The translations under genes and the position numbers were made by a program. A stretch of 64,000 nt of DNA from a bacterium (GTDB lineage: Bacteria; UBA8248), in the NCBI GenBank assembly GCA_965213625.1, contig CBDBZU010000004.1, positions 1,664,001-1,728,000 on the forward strand, read 5' to 3'. The notes below the pieces were generated by a model. The model was not told the origin of the DNA. It saw nothing but the letters and a program-made list of their open reading frames with translations, and searched no databases. This document shows positions 53,009-63,629 of this stretch, piece by piece (the stretch's first letter is position 1; every line of letters starts with the position of its first letter).

Positions 53009-53929
53009 ATGTACGAGAACGATCACAACGATGCCCAGCATGAATCTTTCACCGCCATGGTCTGCGAGCAGGCCGCACTATTCGGCGCGACACCGGGGCC
53101 GGACGAGTTCGACAACCGCCCCGTGTGGGACGAGGGCGAGGCAACCGCCGCCGTCATCAAGGCCTTCGGCGCACTCGCGGAAGCTGCGCCCGACGGCACG
53201 CAACTCGCGGATGAGCGAAGAAACCTCCTGTGGGGGTTCGTCAACACCCTCGACGCGCAGACACAACGCCTCGAGCGCGCCGCCGACAAACTCATCCCCG
53301 GCATCCGCGAACTGCAGCGCGAGCAGGACGGCTCCGAGATCAGGTCGCGCGAACTCGAACTCATGACCGACCGCGCCCAGAACCTGAACGACAGGCGCGA
53401 TGCGTTCGAGGGGCTCAGGGACACGGCCGCAGAGGCCTACCGCATCGAGACCGGCGAGGTATGGCGGCCGAGGCGAGGATCACACGTCTCACAGACCGGC
53501 AAACTGACCTCCGCCGTGATCGAGGCGCGCGACTTCCAGCGCGCCAGAAAGGACCGCGAGAACACCGCACACTTGCCGCAGGGAACTCTCGTCGCCGTCG
53601 CGGGAGGCAAGGAGGCGAGCGATGCGGGTAAAATCATCGCACACCTCGACCGCCTTAAGGCCAAGTACGCCGATGTCGTCCTCGTCCACGGCGGCGGCCC
53701 CGGTGCGGAGAAGATAGCGGCGGGATGGGCCGAGCGGAACGGCGTCAACCAGGTCGTGTGTAAACCGGATTGGGATGCCCACGGACGGGCCGCTCCCTTC
53801 CGCAGGAACGACGAACTCCTGGCACTCCTGCCCAAGGGCGTGATCGCGTTCCCCGGCAGCGGCATCACCGACAACCTCGTCGACAAGGCAAAAACCCTCG
53901 GCATCCCCGTCCAGAAAATCGTCGCCTGA
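53009..53929 (+). CDS. DUF2493 (YspA/SLOG-like) domain protein of conjugative elements
   Basis: LWGFVN, EQDGSE, W.PR.GS, LVHGG..GAE.IA..WA, AAPFRRND, FPGSGIT.NL. Confidence 0.85.
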   Translation: MYENDHNDAQHESFTAMVCEQAALFGATPGPDEFDNRPVWDEGEATAAVIKAFGALAEAAPDGTQLADERRNLLWGFVNTLDAQTQRLERAADKLIPGIRELQREQDGSEIRSRELELMTDRAQNLNDRRDAFEGLRDTAAEAYRIETGEVWRPRRGSHVSQTGKLTSAVIEARDFQRARKDRENTAHLPQGTLVAVAGGKEASDAGKIIAHLDRLKAKYADVVLVHGGGPGAEKIAAGWAERNGVNQVVCKPDWDAHGRAAPFRRNDELLALLPKGVIAFPGSGITDNLVDKAKTLGIPVQKIVA

Positions 53930-54598
53930 TGCGGGAGCTCAACGGGTCGCGTCGCCCGGCGGCGCGGCCCGTTCTTCTCCTCCTTCATTTGCCGCTGTAC
54001 TTGCCTCCCCGTATTACTCTCCTCCTCTCCTCTCGCTCAGTCGCCGCGGCGGCTCCCGTTCGCCATCTTCTCCGGCGTCGATTCCCCTGTCGCTTGTCCC
54101 ACGGATTCGACCATCTGACGCCCTTCGGCGCTTCGGGTTACACACCGGAACGCAGCAGGCTGCGAAGTTCCGGCATACGACGACCGGGCTACTCTCCCGT
54201 CTCATGTCGGCGACACAGGGCGCCAGGCGCATTGCGGATCGAGCGTATGCTCAGAGCATACACAATCTTTCTCATCCCTGACGGCGCATGGCTGCGCAAG
54301 TCGCGCATGGATACCGGATCCGTCGCAATCGGTGGCGTTCCGTAATACAATGTGTTACGGCCCGCATTACGTTAGTATGCTTCCGATTCTGGCCGTTTCG
54401 CGGTGCGCCGGGGCCGCCACCTGTGCGGAGCGCTCTCTCGCAGATGGCCGCAAGCCCCTGAATACGGGACGTTGAATCGAGCGTAGACGGTCCCGGATAC
54501 GCCCTGATTTTCGCCCCGAACCAAGCCGTCGGAACCCGGAAAGGGCGAGCGATGCGGTCCGTATCGCCACCCGATCTTGTCCTGAGGAAGAGAAAAAG

Positions 54599-54985
54599 AT
54601 GACGCGAAACGACCCGAATCAGCCCGAAAAGAGCAAAAAATCAGCGGAAAAACCGGGCGAACCGAGAGCGCCGCACTCGGTTCGCTTCACCGGTTCGGAA
54701 TGGAAATTGATTAAACGAGCCGCCGAACTGCACGGTATTGCGGCCGGTGAACTCGTCCGCAACGGCGCGATGGCCGCTGTCGAGGAGCTGCTCGACGAGC
54801 CTCCAGAGGCCACCCTGTCGCATGGTCATGCCGCCCTCATCGAGTCCGTCTACCGCATGGTCTACGTGATGGCGACCCTGGATCGGGGACGATTGATCGA
54901 CGCCGGGCGCGGGAAAGAGCTCGAGGACCTCATCGCCGCGGCGCACAGAACGATGGCCGAGACCATGGACGAAGGCACAGGGTGA
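54599..54985 (+). CDS. Hypothetical ribbon-helix-helix-like DNA-binding protein
   Basis: HSVRFT..EW..I..AA..HG....ELVR pattern. Confidence 0.6.
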   Translation: MTRNDPNQPEKSKKSAEKPGEPRAPHSVRFTGSEWKLIKRAAELHGIAAGELVRNGAMAAVEELLDEPPEATLSHGHAALIESVYRMVYVMATLDRGRLIDAGRGKELEDLIAAAHRTMAETMDEGTG

Positions 54986-55330
54986 ATGCAGAGGGCGGCG
55001 CGATGCGTGCGTAAGCCGGTTTATCGGTTGCAAATTTGTTGCAAGAACCCGCGAATCGGGCCCGGTCGGACCGCGTTCAGAGCCCCAGGTCCATCTCGAT
55101 CCGCTTCCCGGGGCCGGGTTCGGGTGTCTTCGCGTGCGGCGTTTCCCGTCCGTTTTTCATGCCCGGGGAAGAGGAATCGGAGAGTCCATTCGGGTAAAGT
55201 CCAGATTGCACGGCAACCTTTCGGCCAAAGACACTTGAACACGGAACATTCCGAAGCCCGCTTCAAGAATGTCTCCAACTTGTGTTGCCGGCTTCTGTGT
55301 ATTATATTTATATATAACTTGGAGGATTTC

Positions 55331-55588
55331 ATGCACACGACAAATCTGCGCAAAGTCGGTGGTTCCATCATGCTAGCCGTTCCACCTGCCCTTCTTGACC
55401 TCCTGAAACTCGGGGTCGGCGCGAAGGTGGAAATAGACGTGGAGGACGGTCGCCTGATCGTCGAGCCCAAAGCACGTCCCGTCTATTCACTCGATGAGCT
55501 TCTCGCGCAATGCGTAGAGACCTCTACGCAGCCCGCCGAGGACCGCGCCTGGATTGAGGCCAGACCAGTTGGCAAAGAGTTGTTGTAG
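55331..55588 (+). CDS. pemI: AbrB/MazE-family antitoxin (PemI-like)
   Basis: MHTTNLRKVGGSIMLAVPP...YSLDELLAQC...W.....GKELL. AT-rich palindromic operator upstream. Confidence 0.85.
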   Translation: MHTTNLRKVGGSIMLAVPPALLDLLKLGVGAKVEIDVEDGRLIVEPKARPVYSLDELLAQCVETSTQPAEDRAWIEARPVGKELL

Positions 55589-55920
55589 TGAAGCGGGGTG
55601 AAATCTGGCTCGTCAGCCTCGACCCCACCGCAGGCCATGAACAACAGGGTACCCGTCCGGTACTGATCGTATCCCCAGACCCGTTCAATAGACTCACCGG
55701 GACGCCCGTGGTCTTGCCGATCACATCGGGCGGCGACTTTGCGCGCAGGGCAGGTTTCGCAGTTTCTCTCTCGGGCGCGGGTACCCGAACAACCGGTGTC
55801 GTCCGTTGCGACCAGCCGAGGTCCCTTGATCTCGCTGCCCGCAACTGGGCGCGTCTCGAAACCGTTCCTGAACTTATTATGGACGAAGTGCTTGCCCGAA
55901 TCGCCACCATCCTCGAATAA
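55588..55920 (+). CDS. pemK: PemK/MazF-family endoribonuclease toxin
   Basis: RGEIWLVSLDPTAGHEQQGTRPVLIVS...FN, PIT, DQ.R.LD. Confidence 0.9.
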   Translation: MKRGEIWLVSLDPTAGHEQQGTRPVLIVSPDPFNRLTGTPVVLPITSGGDFARRAGFAVSLSGAGTRTTGVVRCDQPRSLDLAARNWARLETVPELIMDEVLARIATILE

Positions 55921-56231
55921 AAAGTGATTGTTCGTCTTCAAGGCCGGACGGCACTTATCAGTGATTTCCCGTTTCGGGTCCCAGTTCTTGCGAATAACGC
56001 TAATTTGCCAATGCAATAGAGGGAGCGGCACCGATTGGCTTAATCGGTCCTGGTTCAGGGAGAGGTGAGGAGCGAAATTTCGTGCCTTGGAGCGTCAGGT
56101 GGGAAGATCGGTAAACGTAATGAATGTGATCGTACGTCAGCTTCATTTTTTTCTCCTGTTGGGTATGGATGAAAAAATTGGGGAATTGTAACCCAAAGTT
56201 GACAAGATTTTTAGGATAAATATCTACCCCG

Positions 56232-56729
56232 CTATTGGACTATTTCTACAGAGCGCCTGGCCTTTTTGTACTCGACATTCAAACGATGTACCGTCTTAAT
56301 CAACTCGGAAGACTTGCCGAAAACTACGAACATCAACTTATTTTTCCAATGGATTGCAGTTGAAAAACTTCCATGAGGAAGCCTTTTTTGATCCGTTCGA
56401 TGCACCACCATGATAAGAGCTTCAAATTCTTCGGCGGGTAGATTCTGGATTTCATCAATCAAGATGATGATCGAAGATTTGCGCGCCTTCGCTGCCTCGC
56501 CCGCGGCGACAAACACCTCGGCAAAATCACGGGCTAGCGTGCCGCTGTCGGCAACTCCTGGTTCACCATCTATGTCTAAGAAAAATTCAATATCCTCAAC
56601 CTTGATCTTGACCGCACCAACAAAACTCTTTAGAACGCGCAAACTCCTTTTTACATGTTCACTAACCCCCTTGATTCGATCAAGCTTCAGCAAGATCGAG
56701 CGCAAAGTGGCAATAATCGTTTTCGACAA
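56232..56729 (-). pseudogene. Fragment of an AAA-type ATP-binding protein
   Basis: Walker B-like IILIDEIQ and G.ADSG.L, but no Walker A and truncated ends. Low GC. Confidence 0.6.
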
Positions 56730-57218
56730 AATTCGTTCGTGCTGATTTCGATAAAGTCTGTGAGTGCGTATTCTTTAGATTTTGTTTGGAGGTGTAGCTA
56801 TTGAACTCAAGAGGAATTGAGAAGGGCTATAAGTCTTAGTGAATCAGAATCAATGCCTACTTGGTTGCCGGTTTCAGATACAGCATAACGTGCTCACCGC
56901 TCAATACAAGATATTGATTTCACTTCGTCATGTGTATAATCACGGATAAAATCGCGGAGTCTACTGGTGATGGGGTTCAATACGAGCGTCGGCGCCTTCG
57001 TATACTTGATCGAATACCATCACCTGAAAGCCGGAGTTTCTATTGATTTATTGGTCAGGCTCGGAAGTGAAGCGGTGAAATTGAAGTTCCTGGTGCACAC
57101 AGCTATCGATGCTCGAGGACGTTAAATGTATGACCCGAGTCGTCCAATACGGCGTGTTAATTCGCAAGTCGTCTGGTGGTACTAGAGAAACACGAGCAAC
57201 TGACGAGGAGGTGACTTC

Positions 57219-57518
57219 ATGAACCCCAAAATAACCATACCGAAACCCGCGCTTTCCGCCTTCTGTCGGGAGAACGGTATCCGCCGGCTTTCCGTCTTCG
57301 GCTCGGCCTTGGGTGAGGATTTTGGACCCGGGAGCGATATAGACCTTCTCGTCGAATTCGAGCCGGAAGCTAGAATCGGCTTCATGAAACTGGCCAGGAT
57401 GCAAAGGGAGTTGGCGGCCATCATTCACCGCAAGGTGGATCTGGTTCCCCAAGATGGATTGAAGCCGAAAATACGAACGGAGGCGCTTTCGGGCGCGGAA
57501 GTGATCTATGCGGCGTGA
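57219..57518 (+). CDS. MNT-family nucleotidyltransferase antitoxin
   Basis: LSVFGS......SDIDLLVEF, KVDLV. Confidence 0.9.
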   Translation: MNPKITIPKPALSAFCRENGIRRLSVFGSALGEDFGPGSDIDLLVEFEPEARIGFMKLARMQRELAAIIHRKVDLVPQDGLKPKIRTEALSGAEVIYAA

Positions 57519-57864
57519 GGAACTCTACCTCGCCGACATGCTGGAGGCTGCGGACGCCATCGGCCGATTCCTTCTGGAAACCGAGCAACATTCGTTCATC
57601 GCGGACGACCTGCTGCGTAGCGCCGTCCTGCATAAATTGGCGGTCATCGGCGAAGGAGCAACCCGGTTGTCCGATGCGTTTCAGGCGCGCCATCCCCAAA
57701 TCGAATGGGGAGACATCGTGGCGTTTCGCAACATCATCGTTCACGCCTACTTTTCTGTGGATTGGCCTATCGTCTGGGTGACGGCGACACAGGACGTTCC
57801 GGAACTTCGGCGCGGAATCGCCCGGATACTTGCGGAAGAATACCCCGACTGGGAAGCACGGTAA
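57508..57864 (+). CDS. HEPN (DUF86) toxin
   Basis: IGE, I.W.....RN...HAY..VD...VW with the Rx4H motif RNIIVH. Confidence 0.9.
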   Translation: MRREELYLADMLEAADAIGRFLLETEQHSFIADDLLRSAVLHKLAVIGEGATRLSDAFQARHPQIEWGDIVAFRNIIVHAYFSVDWPIVWVTATQDVPELRRGIARILAEEYPDWEAR

Positions 57865-58196
57865 CCTTCCTCGAGCCGCGCAGAAACAATAAACGGCATG
57901 GAACCAGATGGGCGCGAAGGGGAGAACAATCTAGTCAGGCGGATATGTCGTCCCGCCCCTGAACTCTCAAACGCCCTTGTCCGCAGGTGTGGTGACTCCG
58001 ATTTCTCCGCGCAGGAGGCGCCTGAAGGTGGCCCGTCGCCACCCGTTCCTGCACCGGGCGATCCTGCGTCCGACGCGGTTCCGCCTGCCGGCGGGCATCG
58101 AAGCCGAGCGCCCGTCGATCCAAGAGGTATATTCCGCTTGGCGCTGCTCGATGAGCGAAACCCGGCCGTCCCGTTGATGCGGCGTTTCGAGGAGAA

Positions 58197-59010
58197 TTGA
58201 CACGCGAACAGCGCGCTGCCACAGATTCCCTGTTCGCGCACGAGACCGGCGTAAGTGCCGCCGCGTCCGGGTTCGGCAAGACGGTCGTCGCAGCATTGAT
58301 GATAGCTGAGCGCGGCGTGAAGACGCTCATCCTCGTTCATCGCCGCCAGCTGATGATGCAGTGGATTGCGCGGCTTGGTGTTTTTCTCGATCTTACTACT
58401 TCCGCCATCGGACGGGCCGGGGGCAGGAAACGCAAGCTTAGCGGGGTCATAGACGTCGCCACGCTCCAGAGTCTGGAGCGCAAAAACGTGGTGGACGACC
58501 TCGTCGCCGACTACAGGCACCTCGTGGTCGACGAGTGCCACCACTTATCTGCGGTGAGCTTCGAGGTGGTGGCGCGCCGCGCCAGGGCGAGGTACGTGCT
58601 CGGGTTGTCTGCGACCATCATGCGCAAGGAGCACGCCGGGGAACTCGCCGGGAAGATCGGGCGCTTCGCGCGAAACGTCCTGCTCTTCAGAGGCGGCATG
58701 GAAGAGAGAGCGCCGCGAGATCATGCAGCGCCTGGAAGACATACCCGACGGCGAGGAGCGGGTACTGGTCGTGACCGGCCGCTATATCGGAGAGAGATTC
58801 GACGATGTCCGCCTCGACATGCTGTTCCTCGCGATGCCCGTGTCGTGGCGGGGAACGCTGGCCCAGCACTTCGGCCGCCTGCACCGGCTCCATTCAAAAA
58901 AACGCGAAGGTGCTAGTCTACGAATATATCGACGACGCGGTGCCGGCGCTCAGGCGTTATGGGCGGCAGTCGCGTCAAGGGCTACGAGAGCCTCGGCTAC
59001 ACAGTCGAGT
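58197..59010 (+). pseudogene. Degraded DEAD/DEAH-box (SF2, restriction-type) helicase
   Basis: SGFGKT, VDECHH and GLSAT, then an internal deletion and frameshifts. Helicase C motifs (GRYIGE.FD, GRLHR) lie in another frame. Confidence 0.75.
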
Positions 59011-59449
59011 GGCCCGGCGTCCCAAGCGGAACGTGAACTTACAGGCCCGGGCGAGTATGGCGCTGACGTTATTACGGTCGCGTGATCCGGACAAGGTGAA
59101 GATATAGGCCTGCCTGACGGCGGCAGGCGATCTCAAACGGTTCAGTGCCGCTCATTTTTCTAGGTTATGTACCCCTTGGAGGGCTCTTGCATCAACTGGA
59201 ATCGCCGTACGAATATCCATGAAGCTTACAAACCCCACGGTCTCGATCTACCTGAACCCAAGTAATACAAACCGTTCCGAACCCAATTCCTCACCTTATT
59301 TCATAAAGCAGGTGGTTTATGTACGTGGGGCAGTCCTTGGGAGGAGCTGCCACCTGCGAATCAATCATTCTCTTTGGGCCTACTCCCCCACCCCTGCATA
59401 AATATATCCTTGTCCTGAGGCGAGGAATGCTTCAAAGAACTCCACACAC

Positions 59450-59478
59450 AAAAAACCGGGGGGCCGAAGCCCCCCGGT
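59450..59478 (-). terminator. Rho-independent terminator of the porin gene
   Basis: Minus strand ACCGGGGGGC-TTCG-GCCCCCCGGT followed by a T-run. Confidence 0.85.
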
Positions 59479-59519
59479 CGTCATCGCGTCAGGTAAGGAC
59501 TCGAGCGTCCTTCATGCTG

Positions 59520-60746
59520 CTAGAATGAATGCCTCAACCGCCAGCTGACCACCCACCCGTCATCGGGCTCAGTCGCGTTGGCCGCTCTGCCGTAGTCGCC
59601 GCGCAGGATGACGGCGCCAACAGCGCGAAGCTCGGTACGCGGATGTATTTTCCACTTGAAGCCGGCGTTGAGCTCGGTGCCGAATTCCTTGGAAGTATCC
59701 ATATTATCTCCGGGATGACTTTCTGCGGAGTTGTAAACGGATACGCCACCACCCAGCGAAAATGTTTTGCTGATCTTGTACTCGCCTATTCCCTCGAGCA
59801 CAACCGCGCCGTTCAAATTTTTCAAAGTAACGTCTTTCAGATCGTTATTGATACTATCCCAGCGGCGCGAACTCATGATGTGAGAACCGTGGAGCCAACC
59901 GGAACCATTGTTTTGAGGGAAATGGAATTTACCCGTTTCGCCGTCTTTGCCTTCGTCATCGCCGGAGAGCATCGTGAGGTTGCCCTCGAGTTTCAGCTTG
60001 CCCAGGCTTGCGGAAGTCCTCACCAAGACGGCCCATCCCGAAAGATCCGTCCCTCCATCGAGCTCACCATCCTGGCCGACGACCGAGGCGTTCAAGTTGA
60101 AGATGCCTACCTTGCCCTTGGCGTGGAGACCGAAGAAGCTGTAGTCATAACCGTTATTCGCTCCGTTTCTGGAATTGGCCAGCCAAGGAGAGAGCGTGAG
60201 AGTGGGCGACACTTTGACGCCCACGCTGGCATAGTAATCCTCTTTATCGGCGTTGGCTTCGCTCTTGTCTTCACTAGCCTTGACATAAAACATGCTGAGC
60301 GACATGTTCTTGCTGAGCTTGCCATAGACCCCGACGCCCGGCTCGCGAGTCCGTCCGCCGCTGTCGTAGATTTCCTTATCTGGCGAGAAGCGATCCCAAC
60401 GGCCCCAACGCATGCGGAGCGTGCTGCCCGGGATCGCGAAGTCGATCGCCCAGCGGTTCACACCTAGGGTCTGACGACTGGCATTGGTGAAACCGCCGTG
60501 CGGGCTTTGAAATTCGGGCTCCCACACGGTTGTGACTGCGCCGCTCTTCACCGTGAATCGCGGGCGGATGAGCGCTTCGAGGTAATTATCCTTGTCGTCT
60601 GCGTCATCGTCCCCGTCTTTGTTGGCGTTATTGCTGGTGCCGCGCACCTGATAGAGACCGGTCATCTTGAAGTCGGCCGCATACGAGGGCAAGGTGAATG
60701 ACAAGACGAGCGCCATCGCAAATAGAGCTAACAGAATTTTCCTCAT
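59520..60746 (-). CDS. Outer-membrane beta-barrel porin-like protein
   Basis: Signal peptide MRKILL...SYA|ADF, amphipathic beta-strands, C-terminal WRLRHSF, GAGGAG RBS. Confidence 0.8.
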   Translation of the reverse strand: MRKILLALFAMALVLSFTLPSYAADFKMTGLYQVRGTSNNANKDGDDDADDKDNYLEALIRPRFTVKSGAVTTVWEPEFQSPHGGFTNASRQTLGVNRWAIDFAIPGSTLRMRWGRWDRFSPDKEIYDSGGRTREPGVGVYGKLSKNMSLSMFYVKASEDKSEANADKEDYYASVGVKVSPTLTLSPWLANSRNGANNGYDYSFFGLHAKGKVGIFNLNASVVGQDGELDGGTDLSGWAVLVRTSASLGKLKLEGNLTMLSGDDEGKDGETGKFHFPQNNGSGWLHGSHIMSSRRWDSINNDLKDVTLKNLNGAVVLEGIGEYKISKTFSLGGGVSVYNSAESHPGDNMDTSKEFGTELNAGFKWKIHPRTELRAVGAVILRGDYGRAANATEPDDGWVVSWRLRHSF

Positions 60747-60829
60747 GTGTATTTCTCCTCATCGAGGTTTCAAAAAAATGTTGCCGCCTTCCTTCGTTTT
60801 AATGTCCTGATTGTTCGATGCTTCTGAAT

Positions 60830-61001
60830 CTGTGCTTCGTCGCCTGAAACAGGGCTTCCCGCTCTCACATCACCCCCTCTCTTCAATACTGCCCCGTACG
60901 TCGACAAGGTTCTATCGAGCGATCTGATAATTGCCGCTTATGTAGACACTATCCCATTAGTAAAAATAGTCATTCCATTCTTCATTTCTCAAAAGAATAG
61001 A
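60830..61001 (-). repeat. Inverted repeat left arm (porin 5' leader plus -10 core)
   Basis: Exact reverse complement of 63829-64000 (172/172). Confidence 0.95.
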
Positions 61002-61278
61002 AAAGATATGATTTAAAAGCTAAAACGCCGACAATCATGCGCATGGATGCGCTCATGCATGATAAATACATGTTTTTAATTTATTTATAATTACACTTTC
61101 TTCCGCGTTGCCTCTTGCGCCATCGCCAGATTTGTGCTGGAATGCGCTCTCAGTTGATGCGGGACGTATGCGTTATGATGACGTATTTTGACGGGAGCGC
61201 CGCACCGGAGCATGCGGATGGGCGTTCCCGCAGACCGCCGCAGGCATGCGGTTTGATGACACACCGGAGGGAGGAACC

Positions 61279-62463
61279 ATGCCGAGGAGAAGCGAATTCA
61301 GGCTCACCAAGCGCGCCGTCGACGCGCTCGAAACCGAACGCCGCGACGCCCTGTTCTGGGACCGGGATCTGGCCGGATTCGGGGTGCGCGTCCACGCCAC
61401 GGGACGGAAGGTTTTTGTCGCGCAATCGAGAGGCCCCAGGGGGATAAAACGCGTGACCCTGGGCCGTGACGGGGAGATGTCGTGCGAGGAGGCGAGGAGG
61501 CAGGCCGCCATCGTCATCGACCGCATTAAAAGCGGCGAGGACCCCGTCCCGAAGCCGCCTGAGGCGGAACCCACCCTGGGGGAGATCGCCGAACGCTTCA
61601 TGAGCACATACGTGGAGAGGCGCCTCAAGCCGGGCAGCGTCGTGGAGTACCGCACCATGCTGGACAAATACATCCTGCCAGCCCTGGGCGGGATGGCGCT
61701 GTCCGAGGTCAGGCGGGCGCAAATCTCCGCGTTTCATCACGGCATGCGCGGCATGCCGAGCCGGGCGAACACGTCGCTCCACGTCCTCTCCCGGATGCTC
61801 AGCCTGGCCGAGGCGTGGGACCTCATCCCGCCCGGACGGAACCCGTGCAGGGGAGTGCCGCTCTACAAGACGCGCTCGCGCGAGCGGTTCCTGACGACGG
61901 AGGAATACCGCCGCCTGGGCCGGACGTTAAAAGAAGCCGAGGCGGACGGCTCGATCTGGTCGCCCGCGATCAAGGCGATCCGGCTGCTCATGCTGACCGG
62001 ATGCCGGAGGAACGAGATACTGAACCTTAAGTGGGACGATGTGGACCGCACGGCGGGCGTTCTGAGGCTCAGGGACGCCAAGGCGGGCCCCCGCATGGTT
62101 CCCCTGACGAATCCCGTGCTGAGGGTTCTCGAGACGCTCCCCCGGAAGCGGGGCGAGCCATGGGTGATCCCCGGGCAGAACCCGGGCCAGAACCTGCGGA
62201 GCCTTCACTACTACTGGCGGCGCATACGGGAGCGGGCGGGTCTCTCCGACGTGCGGATCCATGACCTGCGCCATTCGTTCGCTTCGCGTGCGCTTGCGCT
62301 GGGCGAGAGCCTCTACACGATCGGCAAGCTTCTGGGACACGCGACGGTGCCGACGACGGCGCGCTACACGCACCTGATGCTCCGGGCCGAGAAGGATGCG
62401 GCCTCCCGTGTGGGGGGAAGCATCGGCGTTCACCTGACGAACGAGAAGGAGGAACTTGAATGA
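61279..62463 (+). CDS. Tyrosine recombinase/integrase 1 (arm-binding domain)
   Basis: WD..L.GFG.RV arm domain; TGCR..E, DAKAG, HDLRH.FAS, LLGH, TARY all intact. Confidence 0.93.
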   Translation: MPRRSEFRLTKRAVDALETERRDALFWDRDLAGFGVRVHATGRKVFVAQSRGPRGIKRVTLGRDGEMSCEEARRQAAIVIDRIKSGEDPVPKPPEAEPTLGEIAERFMSTYVERRLKPGSVVEYRTMLDKYILPALGGMALSEVRRAQISAFHHGMRGMPSRANTSLHVLSRMLSLAEAWDLIPPGRNPCRGVPLYKTRSRERFLTTEEYRRLGRTLKEAEADGSIWSPAIKAIRLLMLTGCRRNEILNLKWDDVDRTAGVLRLRDAKAGPRMVPLTNPVLRVLETLPRKRGEPWVIPGQNPGQNLRSLHYYWRRIRERAGLSDVRIHDLRHSFASRALALGESLYTIGKLLGHATVPTTARYTHLMLRAEKDAASRVGGSIGVHLTNEKEELE

Positions 62464-63629
62464 AGAAGCCGGGCACGATGGTGCTGTCGAGCCGGATGGT
62501 GGAGAAGTTTGCCGTGGAAAAAGACACGGTGTACTGGGATAGTTACGTCACCGGCTTCGGCGTCAGGGTGTATCCGAGCGGGAGCAAGGTCTACATCGCC
62601 CAGGCGCGGGGGCCCGGGGGGCCGAAGCGCGTGACGATAGGCCGCCACGGGGTGATCAACGCGGATGAGGCGAGAAGGCGCGCGGCGCTCGTCATCAATC
62701 GCATCAAGTCGGGCGAGGAGGGGGTTCCAAAACAGACGAAGCCCGTGCCCGGTCCCACGGTGGCCGAAGCCGCCGCGCGGTATCTCGCCGAATACGTGGA
62801 GGTGCGCTGTAAGCCGCACACCGCCGCCATGACCCGGTCGCTACTCGGAAGACGCATCTTGCCCGCCCTGGGCGGGACGCCGCTCGCGGTGGTGGAGCGC
62901 GCGCAGGTGGCGGAACTGCACCAGAGCATGCACGAGACGCCCCCGACGGCGAACAGGACAGTCGGCATCCTCTCCGCGCTATACCGGTATGCCGAGAGGT
63001 GGGGCCTCATTCCCGAGGGAGCGCCGAACCCCTGCCGCGCCGTCGTCAAATTCCCCAAGCGACAGGGGGAGCGTTTTTTGACGGATGAAGAGTTCATCCG
63101 CCTGGGACGCACACTCGATGAGGTGGAGAAAAGCAAGCCGAAGTACGCGAACGCGGTGGCGGCGATCAGACTTCTGGCCCTGACGGGGTGCCGGAAGTCG
63201 GAAATCCTCACCCTGCGCTGGGAGAACGTGGCGCTGGAAGAGGGGGAATTGAGACTGCCCGATTCCAAGACGGGCGCCCGCGTGATATCGCTCCCGCCGC
63301 AGGCGGTCGCTCTCCTGGCCGCCCTGCCCCGGGAGGAAGGGAATCCCTGGGTGATTCGCGGCAGGAAGCCGGGCGTTCGCCTGATGAATATCTATGGCGT
63401 TTGGCACTACGTCCGAGCGCGGGCGGGTCTCGATGACGTGCGCCTCCACGACCTCCGCCACTCGTTCGCGTCCAGAGCGCTCGCGCTGGGCGAGAGCCTT
63501 CCGATGATCGGCAGGCTCCTGGGGCACAGCCGCATTGAGACCACGGCGCGCTACGCGCACCTAGCGCGCGATACCGCGTACGAAGCGGCCGAGCGGGTTG
63601 CGGCGAGCATCGAGAAAGACATACTATGA
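62460..63629 (+). CDS. Tyrosine recombinase/integrase 2 (paralog of 1)
   Basis: WD....GFG.RV; TGCRKSE, DSKTG, HDLRH.FAS, LLGH, TARY. ATGA-coupled to recombinase 1. Confidence 0.93.
   Translation: MKKPGTMVLSSRMVEKFAVEKDTVYWDSYVTGFGVRVYPSGSKVYIAQARGPGGPKRVTIGRHGVINADEARRRAALVINRIKSGEEGVPKQTKPVPGPTVAEAAARYLAEYVEVRCKPHTAAMTRSLLGRRILPALGGTPLAVVERAQVAELHQSMHETPPTANRTVGILSALYRYAERWGLIPEGAPNPCRAVVKFPKRQGERFLTDEEFIRLGRTLDEVEKSKPKYANAVAAIRLLALTGCRKSEILTLRWENVALEEGELRLPDSKTGARVISLPPQAVALLAALPREEGNPWVIRGRKPGVRLMNIYGVWHYVRARAGLDDVRLHDLRHSFASRALALGESLPMIGRLLGHSRIETTARYAHLARDTAYEAAERVAASIEKDIL

Noticed and set aside
54230-54420. Possible oriT upstream of the RHH-like gene
   Set aside because: The position fits, but I cannot match a known nic consensus and no relaxase is present.
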